Assembly: GCF_006345805.1 (NCBI RefSeq)
Contig: NC_043005.1
Coordinates: forward strand, 3,782,001-3,846,000
Length of the DNA stretch: 64,000 bases
Origin: Octopus sinensis
Taxonomy: Eukaryota
Direction of reading: 5' to 3'
Positions 1 through 12,160 of the stretch are shown one piece after another. The translations under genes and the position numbers were made by a program. How positions within the stretch are numbered: the first letter of the stretch is position 1; each line of letters starts with the position of its first letter. The notes under the pieces are model-generated. The model saw only the letters and a list, made by a program, of their open reading frames with translations, had not been told where the DNA came from and searched no databases.

Positions 1-687
1 AAGATTATTGCTTTAATGTCTGCTCTCTGGATGCTCTTCCCCTTGACAACTATTATCTGTTTCCAGGCAAGGTAATATTTCTCCATGGCCAAACAGGTTT
101 TCATGGAAGACTGGAAACAAATGACACTGCTTGTATAACAGTGATGCTCGTTTACAACTATTACACAATGCTAAGGCAAGGGAACACACATATGTATGTG
201 TGTTAGAGATCATATACGTGGGTGCATGAGAAAGCAAAATGCTTTCAATTCTGTCAGTATACAAGCGACCCTCAAAAAACTTTCTGCAATTAAAGTGGCC
301 CACAATGTGACTCGAGTTGGCCAGGCCTGGCCTAGAGCTTTAGAAGAACACATTTGCCTAAGGGGCTGCAGAATGAGGATGAACCCGAGGGAGGACATTT
401 AGTTGGGAAGTGAAATTCTTAACCACACAGTCATGGTCGTATGTTTATAAATGACATGGAACGTGTGAAATACATATGGAATGGTTAATTAATCAGTTAT
501 TTATAAGCAAAAATCTAATTAAAAATGCAGCAATCAAACAATATTCCCTGGACAGGTAACATGCTGATATTCAACTACTTGTCATAATGCTGTTGTTATT
601 GTTGTTGTGGTGGTTGTAATATTAGTTCAAGTGTGGGTAGTTACGAATTTCTGCAACTGTAAACAGAGATTGAATTTTAGTCGTTTA

Positions 688-723
<36 letters not shown>

Positions 724-1241
724 TGTGTAAAGTGCTCAGGTGCACTACAACTCATCTAAAGTGTATATATAATCAGGTGTAGTTTCGGCGGATTTCGGAA
801 AGCATGAGGGCCTTAAAAGATGCAGTGTCATGGCAGTCAACAACTGACGCAGGCAGTTTATTCCATGCTTCAGCAACTCTGAGCGTGAAAAAATGTTTCC
901 GAAAGTCATGGGAGCTGTATTGTTTTCTGACTTTGTAGGCATGTCCACGTGTGTTAGACACATGGAGATCAAAAAGGTGTTCAGTGTTGTTGTTGGTGAG
1001 GTGGTTGATAACTTTGTGGGTGTTTACCAAGTCCGTCGCCAAACGCCGGAGCTTCAGTGAATCCATGCCCAGGGAAACAAGGCGCTCAGAATATGGTAGG
1101 TGTCTGATGGAGGGTATGCGTTTGGTTGCACGTCTCTGGACAGATTCCAGGAGATCAATGTTCTGTGCAAGATAGGGGTTCCAAACTGATGATGCGAATT
1201 CCAAGTGTGGTCGTACCATAGCTGTATACAGTTTTAAATAG
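688..1241 (-). mobile_element. 5'-truncated CR1-clade LINE (3' end of ORF2, 3' UTR, (ATT)n tail)
   Basis: ORF 773..1219 (MVRPHLEFASSVWNPY...RRATK...NTRGH...FFTLRV..WNKLP) is a typical CR1 RT C-terminus; (AAT)n tail at 688-722; about nine substitutions by eye versus 39131-39670. Confidence 0.92.
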
Positions 1242-1789
1242 TTTACTGATCGGCTCCAATCAGGCAGACTAAAGGTTCAAAATATTCCTGTCATGACCAT
1301 CACGAACATAGTATCGAGGACAACATTGCATAATACGTCACTCCCTGTTTAAGACATTAGGGTGTGATTTGAAAGAGATTGGGCTGCTGTTTCTAGCAGG
1401 TCGAGCGACCACTATAGGCTCCCTTATTGGCTTGTGTTAACACGACGAAACATTAGTCACTTACGACTTTAAGTACATTACAAATAGCTTGTCTTCCTAA
1501 AATTACTGTTTCATAAATGTGTGTCTGTGCTACACTGAAACACACCCTTCTAAATAATTGTGGTGGCAAAGTTTACCTTGGAAAATATCTGAGTAAAATC
1601 ATACAAAATATTTAGCAACTGACTGCAATAATACGATTAATAAATCAATGGGGTGTATTTATGTATGAAAATCTATTATATGGACATGTGTGTTTTCAGG
1701 GTGTGGGAGTAGAGACGTGTGTGTCTCTGGGTGTAAGCATCTGTTTTTATGTTCAACAGTAAAAAGATTATTGTTTTAATGTCCACTTC

Positions 1790-2260
1790 CTCGAAGCAGA
1801 TTTTCTATGCCTGGATGCTCTTCCTCTTGACAACTATTATCTGTTTCCAGGCAAGGTAATATTTCTCCATGGCCAAACATGTTTTCATGGAAGACAGGAA
1901 ACAAATGACACTGCTTGTATAACAGTGATGCTCGTTTACAACTATCACACAATGCCAAGGTAAGGAAACACACACACACACATATGTATGTGTGTTATAG
2001 AACACGTGTGTGAGTGTGTTTTGGGATCTCCTAGTCTTGACATCACGTGATAGTTATAAACAAATGTCACTGTCATATAAGCAGTGTCCCTTTTCTCCAG
2101 TCTGCCATGAAAACATGTCCAGCCATGGGGAAATATTGCTTTACTTGGAAACCTGTGAGAGTTGGTGACAGGAAGGGCATCCAGCTGTACAAAATCTATG
2201 TCAATGAGTTCTGCAAGCATGGGAAAATGGAGATGAAGACAACGACTGTTACAAGGCTTG
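1790..2260. mobile_element. Two head-to-head copies of a SINE-like repeat with an RTE-like 3' tail
   Basis: ~1790-1975 (minus) and ~2030-2260 (plus) are reverse complements; the same family recurs at 1-205, 2985-3120, 3720-3900, 25230-25500. Confidence 0.6.
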
Positions 2261-4089
2261 TGTTTTAACAGGTACTCAAGAAGACCTGCCCACCACAACA
2301 GAAATGAGATTCTAAAACCAAGGTTCCATGTAAAAAGCACCTGGTACACTCTGCAAAGTGGTCATCCAGAAGAGCATCCAGTTGTAGAAACCAAGCCAAA
2401 ATAGAGACAATGAAACATGGTGTGGCCCCCTGGCCATGTCAGTTCCTGTCAAGCTATCCAACCCATGCCAGCATGGGAAATGGACATTAAATGACGATGG
2501 TTATGATGACGATTCTACCATAATGAAATTGTTTCAATTCAATCTGGTTGTAACAAACTGAATCCATTCCAGTGCTGCACTGATATCCATTTTGCTAAGG
2601 CTGCAAAGACGAACAGGAAATCTGCTCTTATTAGAGCACCGAGCGAATCATCAGGAAATGTTCCGTCCAGTTTAGCATGTTCCTTGAGACGTAATGAATG
2701 CATGTTGCTAACAGCTGATGGCAGGTCTCCTGACTAGGATGTTTTAATGCAATCGATGGCTCCCTCACCTTAGTTCCACTATACTAGGGTTGATTGAATC
2801 AGCAACTGAATTAGATTGAATCAATTTTGCATCACCCCACCACCTGCAAAAATTGGCTGTGAGCCCAGTCCAAAGAAATCAATAACTAGAAAATCACTCT
2901 TTCAATATTGGTCCATATCTATGATACCCTGATATACAATATTGAAATAGAGCAATGATTATAATTTGTTAAGGCAGATTTCCAGTAGCCGGATGCCTTT
3001 CCTGTTGCTAACCCTCGCCTGTTTCCAAGCAAGGCAATACTTCTCCATAGCTGGGAAGGTTTTTCACAGAAGACTGGAAATGAGGCACAGCACTCACATG
3101 TTGGCAACATTCATTTACACCTGCCATGTCATTTTAATTTTGACAGGCACTAGCATACCTGTGCGGGTAAGAAATTTGCTTCCCAGCCATGTGGTTTCAG
3201 GTTCAGTCCCACTGCATGGTATTTTGGGCAAGTGCCTTCAACTATGGTCCTGGGCCAACCAAAGGCTTGTGAGCGAACAGAAATTAAAAGAAACTCATCA
3301 TCATCATCTGTGTGTGTGTGTGTGAAGGTGCATGGCTCACTGATTCCTGGACTGTGTGTTGTTGTATTCTTGAGCAAGACACTTTATTTCATATTTGTCC
3401 AGCAGAAAAGAGTTGCGACATCACTGACGCCAAGCTGTATTGGCCTTTGCCATTCCCTTGGATAACATCGGTAGCGTGGAGAGGGGGAGGCTGGTATGCA
3501 TGGGAAACTCCTGGTCTTCCATAAAAACAACCCTAGGTTGTGTGTTTGTCAGTGAGGCAACTTTCTGCCCAGACTTGTACCCTGGAGGGGAACCTCTTAG
3601 GTGCACCCATGGTCATTCATGACCGACAGAGTCAAGTTACATACACACACACACAGTGCCCCAGCATGGCTGTAGTCCAATGACCGAAACAAGTCTGTGT
3701 ATATGAGTGTGTGTGTGTGTTCATGTGTCCCTTTGCTGGCACAATGATGATGCTTTCTTACAACCATCTTGTAATGTCAAGACAATGTTGTTCAATTCCA
3801 GTCTTCCATGAAAAACATGTCTGGCCAAAAGGAAATTTAACTTTGTTTGGAAACAGGTGAGGGTTGGTGACAGGAAGGGCATCCAGCCTTAGAACATATG
3901 CCCTCTGATACATTCATAGATTTTGTTTTTTTTATATACTCAGGCTTATTCCCCAATTTTTTAAGAGTGGGTGGCCACAATAAGACACACACCAAGCATT
4001 CCATTCATTTCCCAGCTCAAAGAGGTGAGCCTCATTCTATGCTCAGGTCAAGGCATAGAATGCAACCCCCAACAGCATAAGCTGGTTTA

Positions 4090-5130
4090 CCCCCGCTGCA
4101 TCATGCTGGTTCCATACCCCTTTGAGCAACATCAAAATTCACTCATCCATCCACAAACAATCTCCAAGCTTTCCTACCATTTATAAACTCATTCGCCTCT
4201 CTCACTCCAACACCTCTGACCACCAAAGCTTTCCTCGCTCCATCCATCCATCCATACAAACCGAGGTCTGCCTCTGGTTCTGCTGCCCACCACTTCTGCC
4301 TTCATCAGCCTCCTTACCATCCACTCCTCATCCATCCTCTCCATGTGGATAAACCACCTCAACATTCGGTTATCCATTTTGATTGTTACACACCTCATTC
4401 CTCATCCTGTCCATCCATGTCACACCAACCATAGCCTTCAGACATCTCATCTCAAACACATCTAGTTGGCTCTTTTCCACTTCCCTCAGCCCTACTCCCA
4501 GCTCTGCACCATATAGCATTGTCAGCACAATCATGCCCTCAGGCACCCCTCTATTCACTTTCATACTCAACCTTTTATCTCTCATCATACTTTGCACAAC
4601 TCCAAGTGTCTTACTCCCCTCCCTCACTCTATATCCCAATTCCTCAGCCAAGCCCTCCCCCATCCACTGTCACATGTGATCCCAGATACTTAAAAACACT
4701 CACCTCCTCTTAACACCTCACCATTTACACTCACATTCATTCCTACCAGCCATTCCATCACTTGAACATCTCATCACCTTTCTCTTAGCTACATTCACTT
4801 TCAGTTTCCTCCTCTCACACACTCTTCCAGACTCTACCACCAGTCTCCTCAGTTGCTCTTCCGAACCCATCATCAGCAAACAACAACTGACTCACCTGCC
4901 ATTTCTCTCCATTTTCTCCCACCATTTGGGCTCCCTTACCAAGGGGTCTAGCATTTACCTCTCTCACCATACCATCCACATGTAAAATAAACAGCCATGG
5001 AGACATCACACAACCTTGTCTTAGCCCCACCTTCACATCAAACCATTCACTTGCTTTACCACCTACCCTAATGCATGCCCTAATTTCAAGTGAAGGGACA
5101 GGGGATCCACTCTGCCTAGACATTTCCTCT
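4090..5130 (-). mobile_element. Decayed RTE-clade LINE reverse transcriptase fragment
   Basis: Minus frames give GLRQGCVMSPWLF, QLLFADD and LRWFIHMERM...SRTRGRPRFVW, broken by frameshifts. Confidence 0.85.
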
Positions 5131-5321
5131 TCCTAAAAAAACTGGCCCATTCAAGCATGGAAAAATAGATATTATAATGATAATGATATATACTTATGAT
5201 ATTAACATATATAATATCAAGGTATTGTAATAAACAGTGTACTTTCAAGATATACAATATTGAGGTGTAGCAATAATATTTGTACATTTAATATCAATCT
5301 ATATCAATGATAAGGCAGCAA

Positions 5322-5470
5322 GCTGGTGGAACCATTAGCATGCTGGGGCAACATGCTTAGCAGCATTTCACCCATTTTTATGTTCTGAGTTCAAATTCTG
5401 CCAAGGTCGACTTTGCCTTTCTTCCTTTTGGGATTGATAAAATAAGTACAAGTTGAACACAGGGGTCAAT
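5322..5470 (+). mobile_element. tRNA-derived SINE (GTCGACTTTGCCTTTCATCC family)
   Basis: B-box-like GAGTTCAAATT followed by the conserved central block; copies also at ~11935-12160, 27600-27780, 29545-29760, 31485-31690, 33070-33262, 56600-56705. Confidence 0.7.
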
Positions 5471-5915
5471 TATTTACATTATTTACATTTGATGGATATT
5501 GGTCTTCATCTTGTTTGCTGTTAACACAATGTTTCGGCTGATATACCTTCCAGCCTTCATCAGGTGTCTTGGGGGAAATTTCCAACCTGGGTTCTCATTC
5601 CTAACATATTTTTCAATGTTAATATTATTATTATTGTTCAGGTCACTGCCTGGAATCAAACTCGGAATCTTGGGGTTAGTAGCCTGCACTCTTAACTGCT
5701 GCGCCATATGCCCATGGGCATATAATAATAACATCAAAAAATACTTTAGGAATGAGAACCCAGGTTCGAAATTTCCCCAAGACACCTGATGAAGCCTAAG
5801 AGGGTACATCAGCCGAAACGTTTCGGCTGATATACCCGAAAAAAGATGGGGACAAATATCCGTCAAATGTACATAATATAAATAATGTGCATAATTCCTC
5901 ATCTCTTAAAGAACG
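5465..5915. mobile_element. Fold-back retroelement: tRNA-like head, (AAT)n, Penelope-type hammerhead tail
   Basis: Arms are reverse complements about the palindrome ATATGCCCATGGGCATAT (5706-5723); minus-strand A box 5696-5706 and B box 5652-5663; hammerhead cores in both arms. Confidence 0.7.
5523..5568 (-). ncRNA. Minimal type-I hammerhead ribozyme motif (helix III mismatch in this copy)
   Basis: GACAC-CUGAUGA-A-GGCUG-loop-CAGCC-GAAAC-AUU-GUGUU; stems I and II pair; the sister arm has GAAAC-GUU. Confidence 0.6.
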
Positions 5916-6313
5916 GGGGTCAATGTTGTCAACTTACCCTCTTCCTTGAAATTGCTGGCCTTGTGCCAAAATTTGAAACCAATATCAATCAAAATATTGC
6001 ACATGTTAATATCATAGATATGGATGATAGTGAAAGTACAATGTCAAGATATAATCATGATATTGTACTTTTAATATTGATTTATATCTATGATATTAAG
6101 ATATATGATATCGATATAGCAATGGTTTGCCAGAAAGGCATTACCACAAAACATAGACAGCATCCCCCCCCTGCTGCAAATATAAGACAAAAAGTTCTTC
6201 AATACAAGAGAGAAGAAATAATTTTTTCGCCTATGAACAGTCTTACAGGAACTAAGATGAGATCAAGGATGCAGAATTTATTAATCAATACAACCCCCAC
6301 TATAGAATATCAA

Positions 6314-6443
6314 CCAATGAAATTGCTAAGAAATATACGATCAACCAATGAAATTGCTTTCACAAGTGTAATATTGGCCAATAAAATTGTAAGTATGAAA
6401 TGTAGGCCAATGAATTGCTAAACAGGAAATGTAATAGGCCAAT
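6314..6443 (+). promoter_or_regulatory. Cluster of five phased CCAAT boxes (degenerate ~31-bp tandem repeat)
   Basis: CCAAT at 6314, 6345, 6378, 6407 and 6439, each in RRCCAATRA context. Confidence 0.4.
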
Positions 6444-6859
6444 GAAATACCTAGAAATGAATTACCAGATTGTTTATTAAGTCAATAAATTTGGGAGTTA
6501 CACATCTTCAGATCAGTTTTATCTCTCTTATTACAGTTAATTATATTTTCATAAAGGAGAGCATTGTAGCTTGTGTAAAGCATTGTGATATAAGAAAAAA
6601 TAAAATAATGTAAAGCAGAGAGTTTCTTATAAAGTGAAAAGAATTTATTAATCCTTTATATTTCAGGTGACTCACTCATCATCAACAGATGACAGACAAA
6701 AAATATGATATAAAGTTTATGGCATAATCTGGCTGACTAACATCGTGCACATATGAAGCTTGCATTACAACACACATATGCACACAAGTATGCATGAGGT
6801 AACCTCTATATATTCACTCTACCTGCTAGAAAGAGCAACCAAATTTCCCTCATATACCA

Positions 6860-7060
6860 ATGTTTTGGAGATTTACTTCAGTAATGAACATTACACTACC
6901 ATCACCGTACTGTTGGTCAGTCAAAGAAGTCAACCACATTTTCTTTGCCTTGAGACAATTGAGCCTAACTAGCAAGCTAACTGACAATTCATTAAACAAT
7001 TTTATTTTGTTGCAAATGAACCAGGGACATCTCAAACCAATGGAGCTAATGAAGAGAACC
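6860..7060 (+). mobile_element. Possible decayed hAT transposase C-terminal dimerisation domain
   Basis: ITLPSPYCWSVKEVNHIFFALRQL...SKLTDNSLNNFILLQMN resembles the LP-S-a-VERsFSal...L(T)D..LN..lL pattern; resemblance by eye only. Confidence 0.35.
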
Positions 7061-8617
7061 CATAAACAGTCGTACAACATGGTAGAAACACTAGCTGAAT
7101 TCTCCTTTCTTAGTCTTAAAAAAAATTAGCACATTAAACAAAGTAATTCTACCTACACCCACAAAAAAAAAAAAGAAAGGAATGGTCTAGGTTTGAATAC
7201 CTTTTATCATAGGTGTGTACTCAATCAGAGCTGACCTGGAACTCAATTACTCAAAGGTAAGGAAGCAAATATAATACACGCTTATCTGAAGGAAATAAGA
7301 CACTTTAGTATCAGTCACTAAACCTAAACAGGATTTCAATCTAAGCTGGATTTTGATTTCAGAAGTAAAACACACGAATCATACTGGACAAACCATAACT
7401 TAAGAAATCTTTGGTTATATTTGCCGAGAACAGTCCAGGAATTCTTAGCTTGTCATCACATGATACCTACTCATCCAGTTTTTATTCATGTGATTGTCTG
7501 CTTTTTTCTTCTTTTTGTTATTATTATTATTATTATTATTTGTTTTTTGTAATTTATTATGGCTAAATATAGTACAGTATCTATTGAAACATATACACAT
7601 ATTGATTTCTTACAAAGAATACAGCAATTTTTGCAAGGTGGGGCTGCAGTCAATTTAAACAGGTCTACTTTTATGAAAACTTATATTTTATCAGCAAGAG
7701 TAGGGTAAAATGTAAAACCAAAATCAGTAGGATTTGAAATCAGAAAAACATTATCCCTGTCAGAAGAGAGATTAACTTTCTTCAACCTTTGTTATTAAAA
7801 GCAACAAATTATACAAGAAATTTCAACTCTAAATATCATTGTCATCTTTTAATGTCTATCTTCTATGCTGGCATGAGTTGGACAGATTGATAGGATCTGA
7901 TGAGGTGAAAGGGATGCATTGTGCTCCCATATCGGCACTAAAAGTGTGTCTGGATGCCCTTCTTAAAGGCTAACCACTGTACTAAGTGTATTGGGTGGTG
8001 CTGTTTTCACGGTACCAACACTAGTGAGGGTGCCATACAACTCACAATACAAAGTTGGACTTTGAGTGGGGCTACAGTATAACGGGGAGAAAGAGTTAGG
8101 TGAAAGGTTAAAGTATGAATGACAGGTTAACAAGAACATCTGGACATTGACAAGGAGAGATGATCACAATAGTTTAGACATAACTAAGAAAAAAAATGGT
8201 ATTTGAGATGTATATATATATATATATAAACAACACAAAAACTGGAACAAGAATGTAACAGGCAACAACAAAACATTTGGACAGTTAGACAATACAAAAA
8301 AAGGAGAGGAAAAAACAAGAACAGGCTTTCAATCTTCAGTCAAGTACCAGATTGTCATAGCAGTTTCGGCCGATATAGATAGATGGATGGATGGATATCA
8401 AACACAGGTATATATTCTTTGATGATCTACGGACAATTACGTAATTTATTGATAGTGAAACATGTATACGAATAATCCATATTTTTATTACTTTTTCTTT
8501 TGTCTTGCTCGATTACATTTTAGTTGTTTTGCTAAATTTTTCTTGAGAACATTTCTTAGTGGTGAGACCGTAGCGGATCTATTTCTAGCATATGGGTGTC
8601 CACATAGTGGTTTCCCT

Positions 8618-8654
<37 letters not shown>

Positions 8655-9059
8655 CAATTTTACTGAACCTTTAGTTTTTTTTAATGCTAGACCACTGGTG
8701 TGAAATCGATGTTAATCAAATTAATATCTAATTTCTCACCCTCATTTAAAATGTATATATATATATATTATATATATATACACACACACATATATACGAT
8801 GGGTTTCTTTCAGTTTCTGTCTACCAAATCCACTCACAAGGCTTTGGTTGTAGAAGACACTTGCCCAAGGTGCCACGCAGTGGGATTGAACCCAGAACCA
8901 TGTGGTTCATAAGCAATATTCCAATAAATCTTTCTATCCTAGGAAGATTTCAATGCTTGAGGTTTTATTGTACTTCAAGCCATTCACAGCAAAGTGGACT
9001 TTTTTTAAACGTTGAGTGGGTTCTGCCGTGCACCTCTTTGGTAAGTCTAGATGAGATGT

Positions 9060-9660
9060 GTTGTAAAATAGCTTCTTCGCCAACATTAGGATAGCAAACC
9101 TGGAGCTGCTCAAACTGTTCCTTCTTGCAGTGATTGATTTTCCTTGGCTTTTAGGAGGTTTGTAAAGTCTCTGTTTTTAATTGGTGTCCAGCTAATCATT
9201 TACAAGTTGTAGATGACCTTTGTAGCATTGAAGAAACTGATGACATCATTGATGACCATGAGGTGTAGGTTTTCTTATATCTTTTTTAGTTCTCTCTCCC
9301 TTTTCATCATCAGTCTTTTAGAACATGACTAATCTACTGTGTCAGAATTTTGCTTTTCTGATAAGCTTTACTCTTTTTGTTGGGTATGAGGCTCTGTGGG
9401 CTGTCTACTTCTCTTCATTGAGGTGTTAGGGATCCTTGTCATTAAACCAGTCTTGTTGTTTCTGTGTCTGTATATCAATGCTTTGTTCATATGTTGAAGG
9501 GGTGGCCCTTTTCAACATACCAACAATGGTTCTTCAATTATTAATAGGTATTCAGTGCCATATTTTTGTTCAACTCTTTGCTGAAATTTTATCCTTTTTG
9601 TAATGTTTTTCACAGATGCTACAGTAAATTTTGGGAGTGTTCACTTCCTTAATGTCCTTT
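9060..9660 (-). mobile_element. Decayed RTE (BovB-like) endonuclease-RT linker fragment
   Basis: Minus translation contains QKQQDWFNDKDP..HLNEEK.TAHRA, matching the RTE RKHQDWFDEND motif; many stops. Confidence 0.55.
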
Positions 9661-10379
9661 GTCTAGGTTTAATTCCAATTCAGCAGCAATTTTGGTTCAA
9701 GGGACAGTGTAAACAGTTATCAGTTCATGTGACAGCCTTGATATAGAGTACATCTTTACAGTTACAAGACCTGATACTAATGTACTCAATAAAGTACCGG
9801 CGTTTAAACCGGAACTTCTACCTGGATGTAGTGGAGAGGCTTGTTTGTTCTGGTGATGCTACCAGGAGCCTCATGCTCTTGACAGGGCAGCAAGGTTGCC
9901 TATTGCCCCAAGTTCTTAATGGTAGATAAGGCAGGTAATATGAAATTAACTCACACAGTGGTTGGCAAGGTGGGAGAGGGCTGTAGTTATTCTTTTCATC
10001 TTGAATTATCTTGTCATTATTGACAACTGAAGGTTTAGCAAGGACTGCGCATCTTATTATGTGGTGCACCATTCACATGTTAAACCAACTCAATCTGCAT
10101 TGTTATGTGTGTTGCAAGAACTGACAATCAGCTGGTGGGGGGGGGGGGCAGGATTCTTAATGAGGAAGCTCCTAGTTGATATACAGTACACAGGGTATGA
10201 GTTTAGTTTAGTTGATGAATTCTTGCACAGAAGCAGGAGAGTTTTTTTGACAATATCTATGAATGGGTAGGCCTTTTTCTTTTTTAGGAGCCACTCTACA
10301 ATGAGAGGGAGCTAAGAAAGGTACCTGAAACATCCTGCTTCACCTTATCTGCTCTGAATAACTGCACCCAGAGGGACTA

Positions 10380-10650
10380 GAAAACCTTGCAGTCGGAACA
10401 CTAACATGAAATTCAAAGGTACAAATTTGGATGGATATAGTTAACTACAATGGAGCAAAGATGAGAAGAGCTTTGTTCAGAAACTCAGAGAATTCAACTG
10501 CCTTATCATTGCTCTCAGCAAGACCAGACATGTAGGAGAAGGTCGGCTAAAGGCAGAAAAAGGAGGTTGCATTTTCTTCAGTACATCTCCTTTAGGAATC
10601 ATGAATCTACAGACGTAACGTTTCTCATAAAGGACATCCTTCTATCCAGG
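10380..10650 (+). mobile_element. Decayed RTE AP-endonuclease N-terminal fragment
   Basis: IIALSKTRHVGEGRLKAEKGGCIFFS resembles the RTE IIALSETR..GEG.L.E.GGGYTFFWSG motif. Confidence 0.6.
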
Positions 10651-11934
10651 ACCTAAGAGTTTCCTGTTGGTGACAATGAACAATTCCATCTCTCTCTCTC
10701 TCTCTTTCCTACTCCCTTCAGCTCTCCCTCTCTCCCACTCCCTTCAGCTTTCTCTCTCTCTCTCAGTTCTTTCAGCCATCTCATCCTAGATTTGTTGATG
10801 TTTAAAGACAAGAGCATTGAAGTGGTGCCTTTGCCTCCTCACATTGACACAGGCACTTAAAAACCATTAGCAAATGGAAGTCATGTCAGTATTACACCCC
10901 CCCCCCATCACGTGCGTGTGTATGATGGTTGTCCGCTTGTTGGACACGTGTGACCATCAGTGACCAATACAGTTTATTTTCCAAAGAGTATATTTATCTT
11001 GAAGTGATTTTTGGGTCTTAATATCTTGCAGTTTTCACAGCAAACCTGACACGCTCTATTTGCCTTGGTTTTATTTTGCATCCTCATCATTATTGTCATT
11101 TAACTCCCACTTTTCCATGCTTGATGGAATTCGTCATGGCAATTCTCTAGGGTTTGACACCCTTTTGTCAACCCACACTTGTTTTCATAGCTAGACATGT
11201 TCTCATGGAATATTGGTAACATTCTTCATAGGATGGTGACAGTTATCTACAACTATCACGTGAAAATGAAACAAGGAGGCACTAACACACCTACCAACCC
11301 ACACGACAGGCTTCTTCCAGTCTCCATCTACCAAATCTACTCATGAGGCTTTGGTCAGCCCGGTGATATAGTAAAAAACACTTGTTGAAGGTGTCATGCA
11401 GCGAAACTGAACCTGAAACCATGATGTTGGGAAGTAAACTTCTTAACCACACAGCCACACCTGTTCTGAACTTCAGAAGGACGAGTGAGAACTGATACAC
11501 TCTCACATCATCATCATCATTTAACATCCATCTTCCATGCTGGCATGGGTTGGATGGTTTGACAGGAGCTGGCAAACCTGAGAGCTGCATTAGGTACCGA
11601 TTGTCTGTTTTGGTAAGGCTTCTGTGGCTGGACGCTTTCCCTAGCACCAACCACTTTACCGTGCACTGGGTGCTTCTTATGTGGTACCTGTACCAGTATT
11701 TTTTTACATGGCACCATCACCAGTGGTCACCATATTCTATTAGAAAGACTCAACTTATGTATATTGATCATAATGAAACTCTACACTTGGACTCATGGCA
11801 TGGCATCTTTTTCGCTCAAAAGACCAATTATGAAAACAAATGCTGTGAACGCAGACATCCATTAAACCACACTCATTTCCTTGCGACATCTGATCTTCCA
11901 CAGTCTTTTACCCATGTCTCACTACCTTTTTTTT

Positions 11935-12160
11935 TTTACTACCCACAAGGGGCTAAACACAGAGAGGACAAACAAGGACAGACAAACAGATTAAATCGAT
12001 TAAATCGACCCCAGTGCGTAACTGGTACTTATTTAATCGACCCCGAAAGGATGAAAGGCAAAGTCGACCTCGGCGGAATTTGAACTCAGAACGTATCGGC
12101 AGACGAAATATGGCTTCGCATTTCGCCTGGCATGCTAAGGTTTCTGCCAGCTCACTACCA
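11935..12160 (-). mobile_element. Well-preserved tRNA-derived SINE
   Basis: CpG-retaining copy: GGCAGAAACCTTAGC head, GAGTTCAAATTCCGCCGAGGTCGACTTTGCCTTTCATCCTTTCGGGGTCG core, CT-rich tail. Confidence 0.75.

Noticed and set aside
5885-6421. 178-aa ORF
   Set aside because: Begins in repeat tails, runs through GATAT low complexity and the CCAAT repeat; no recognisable domain.
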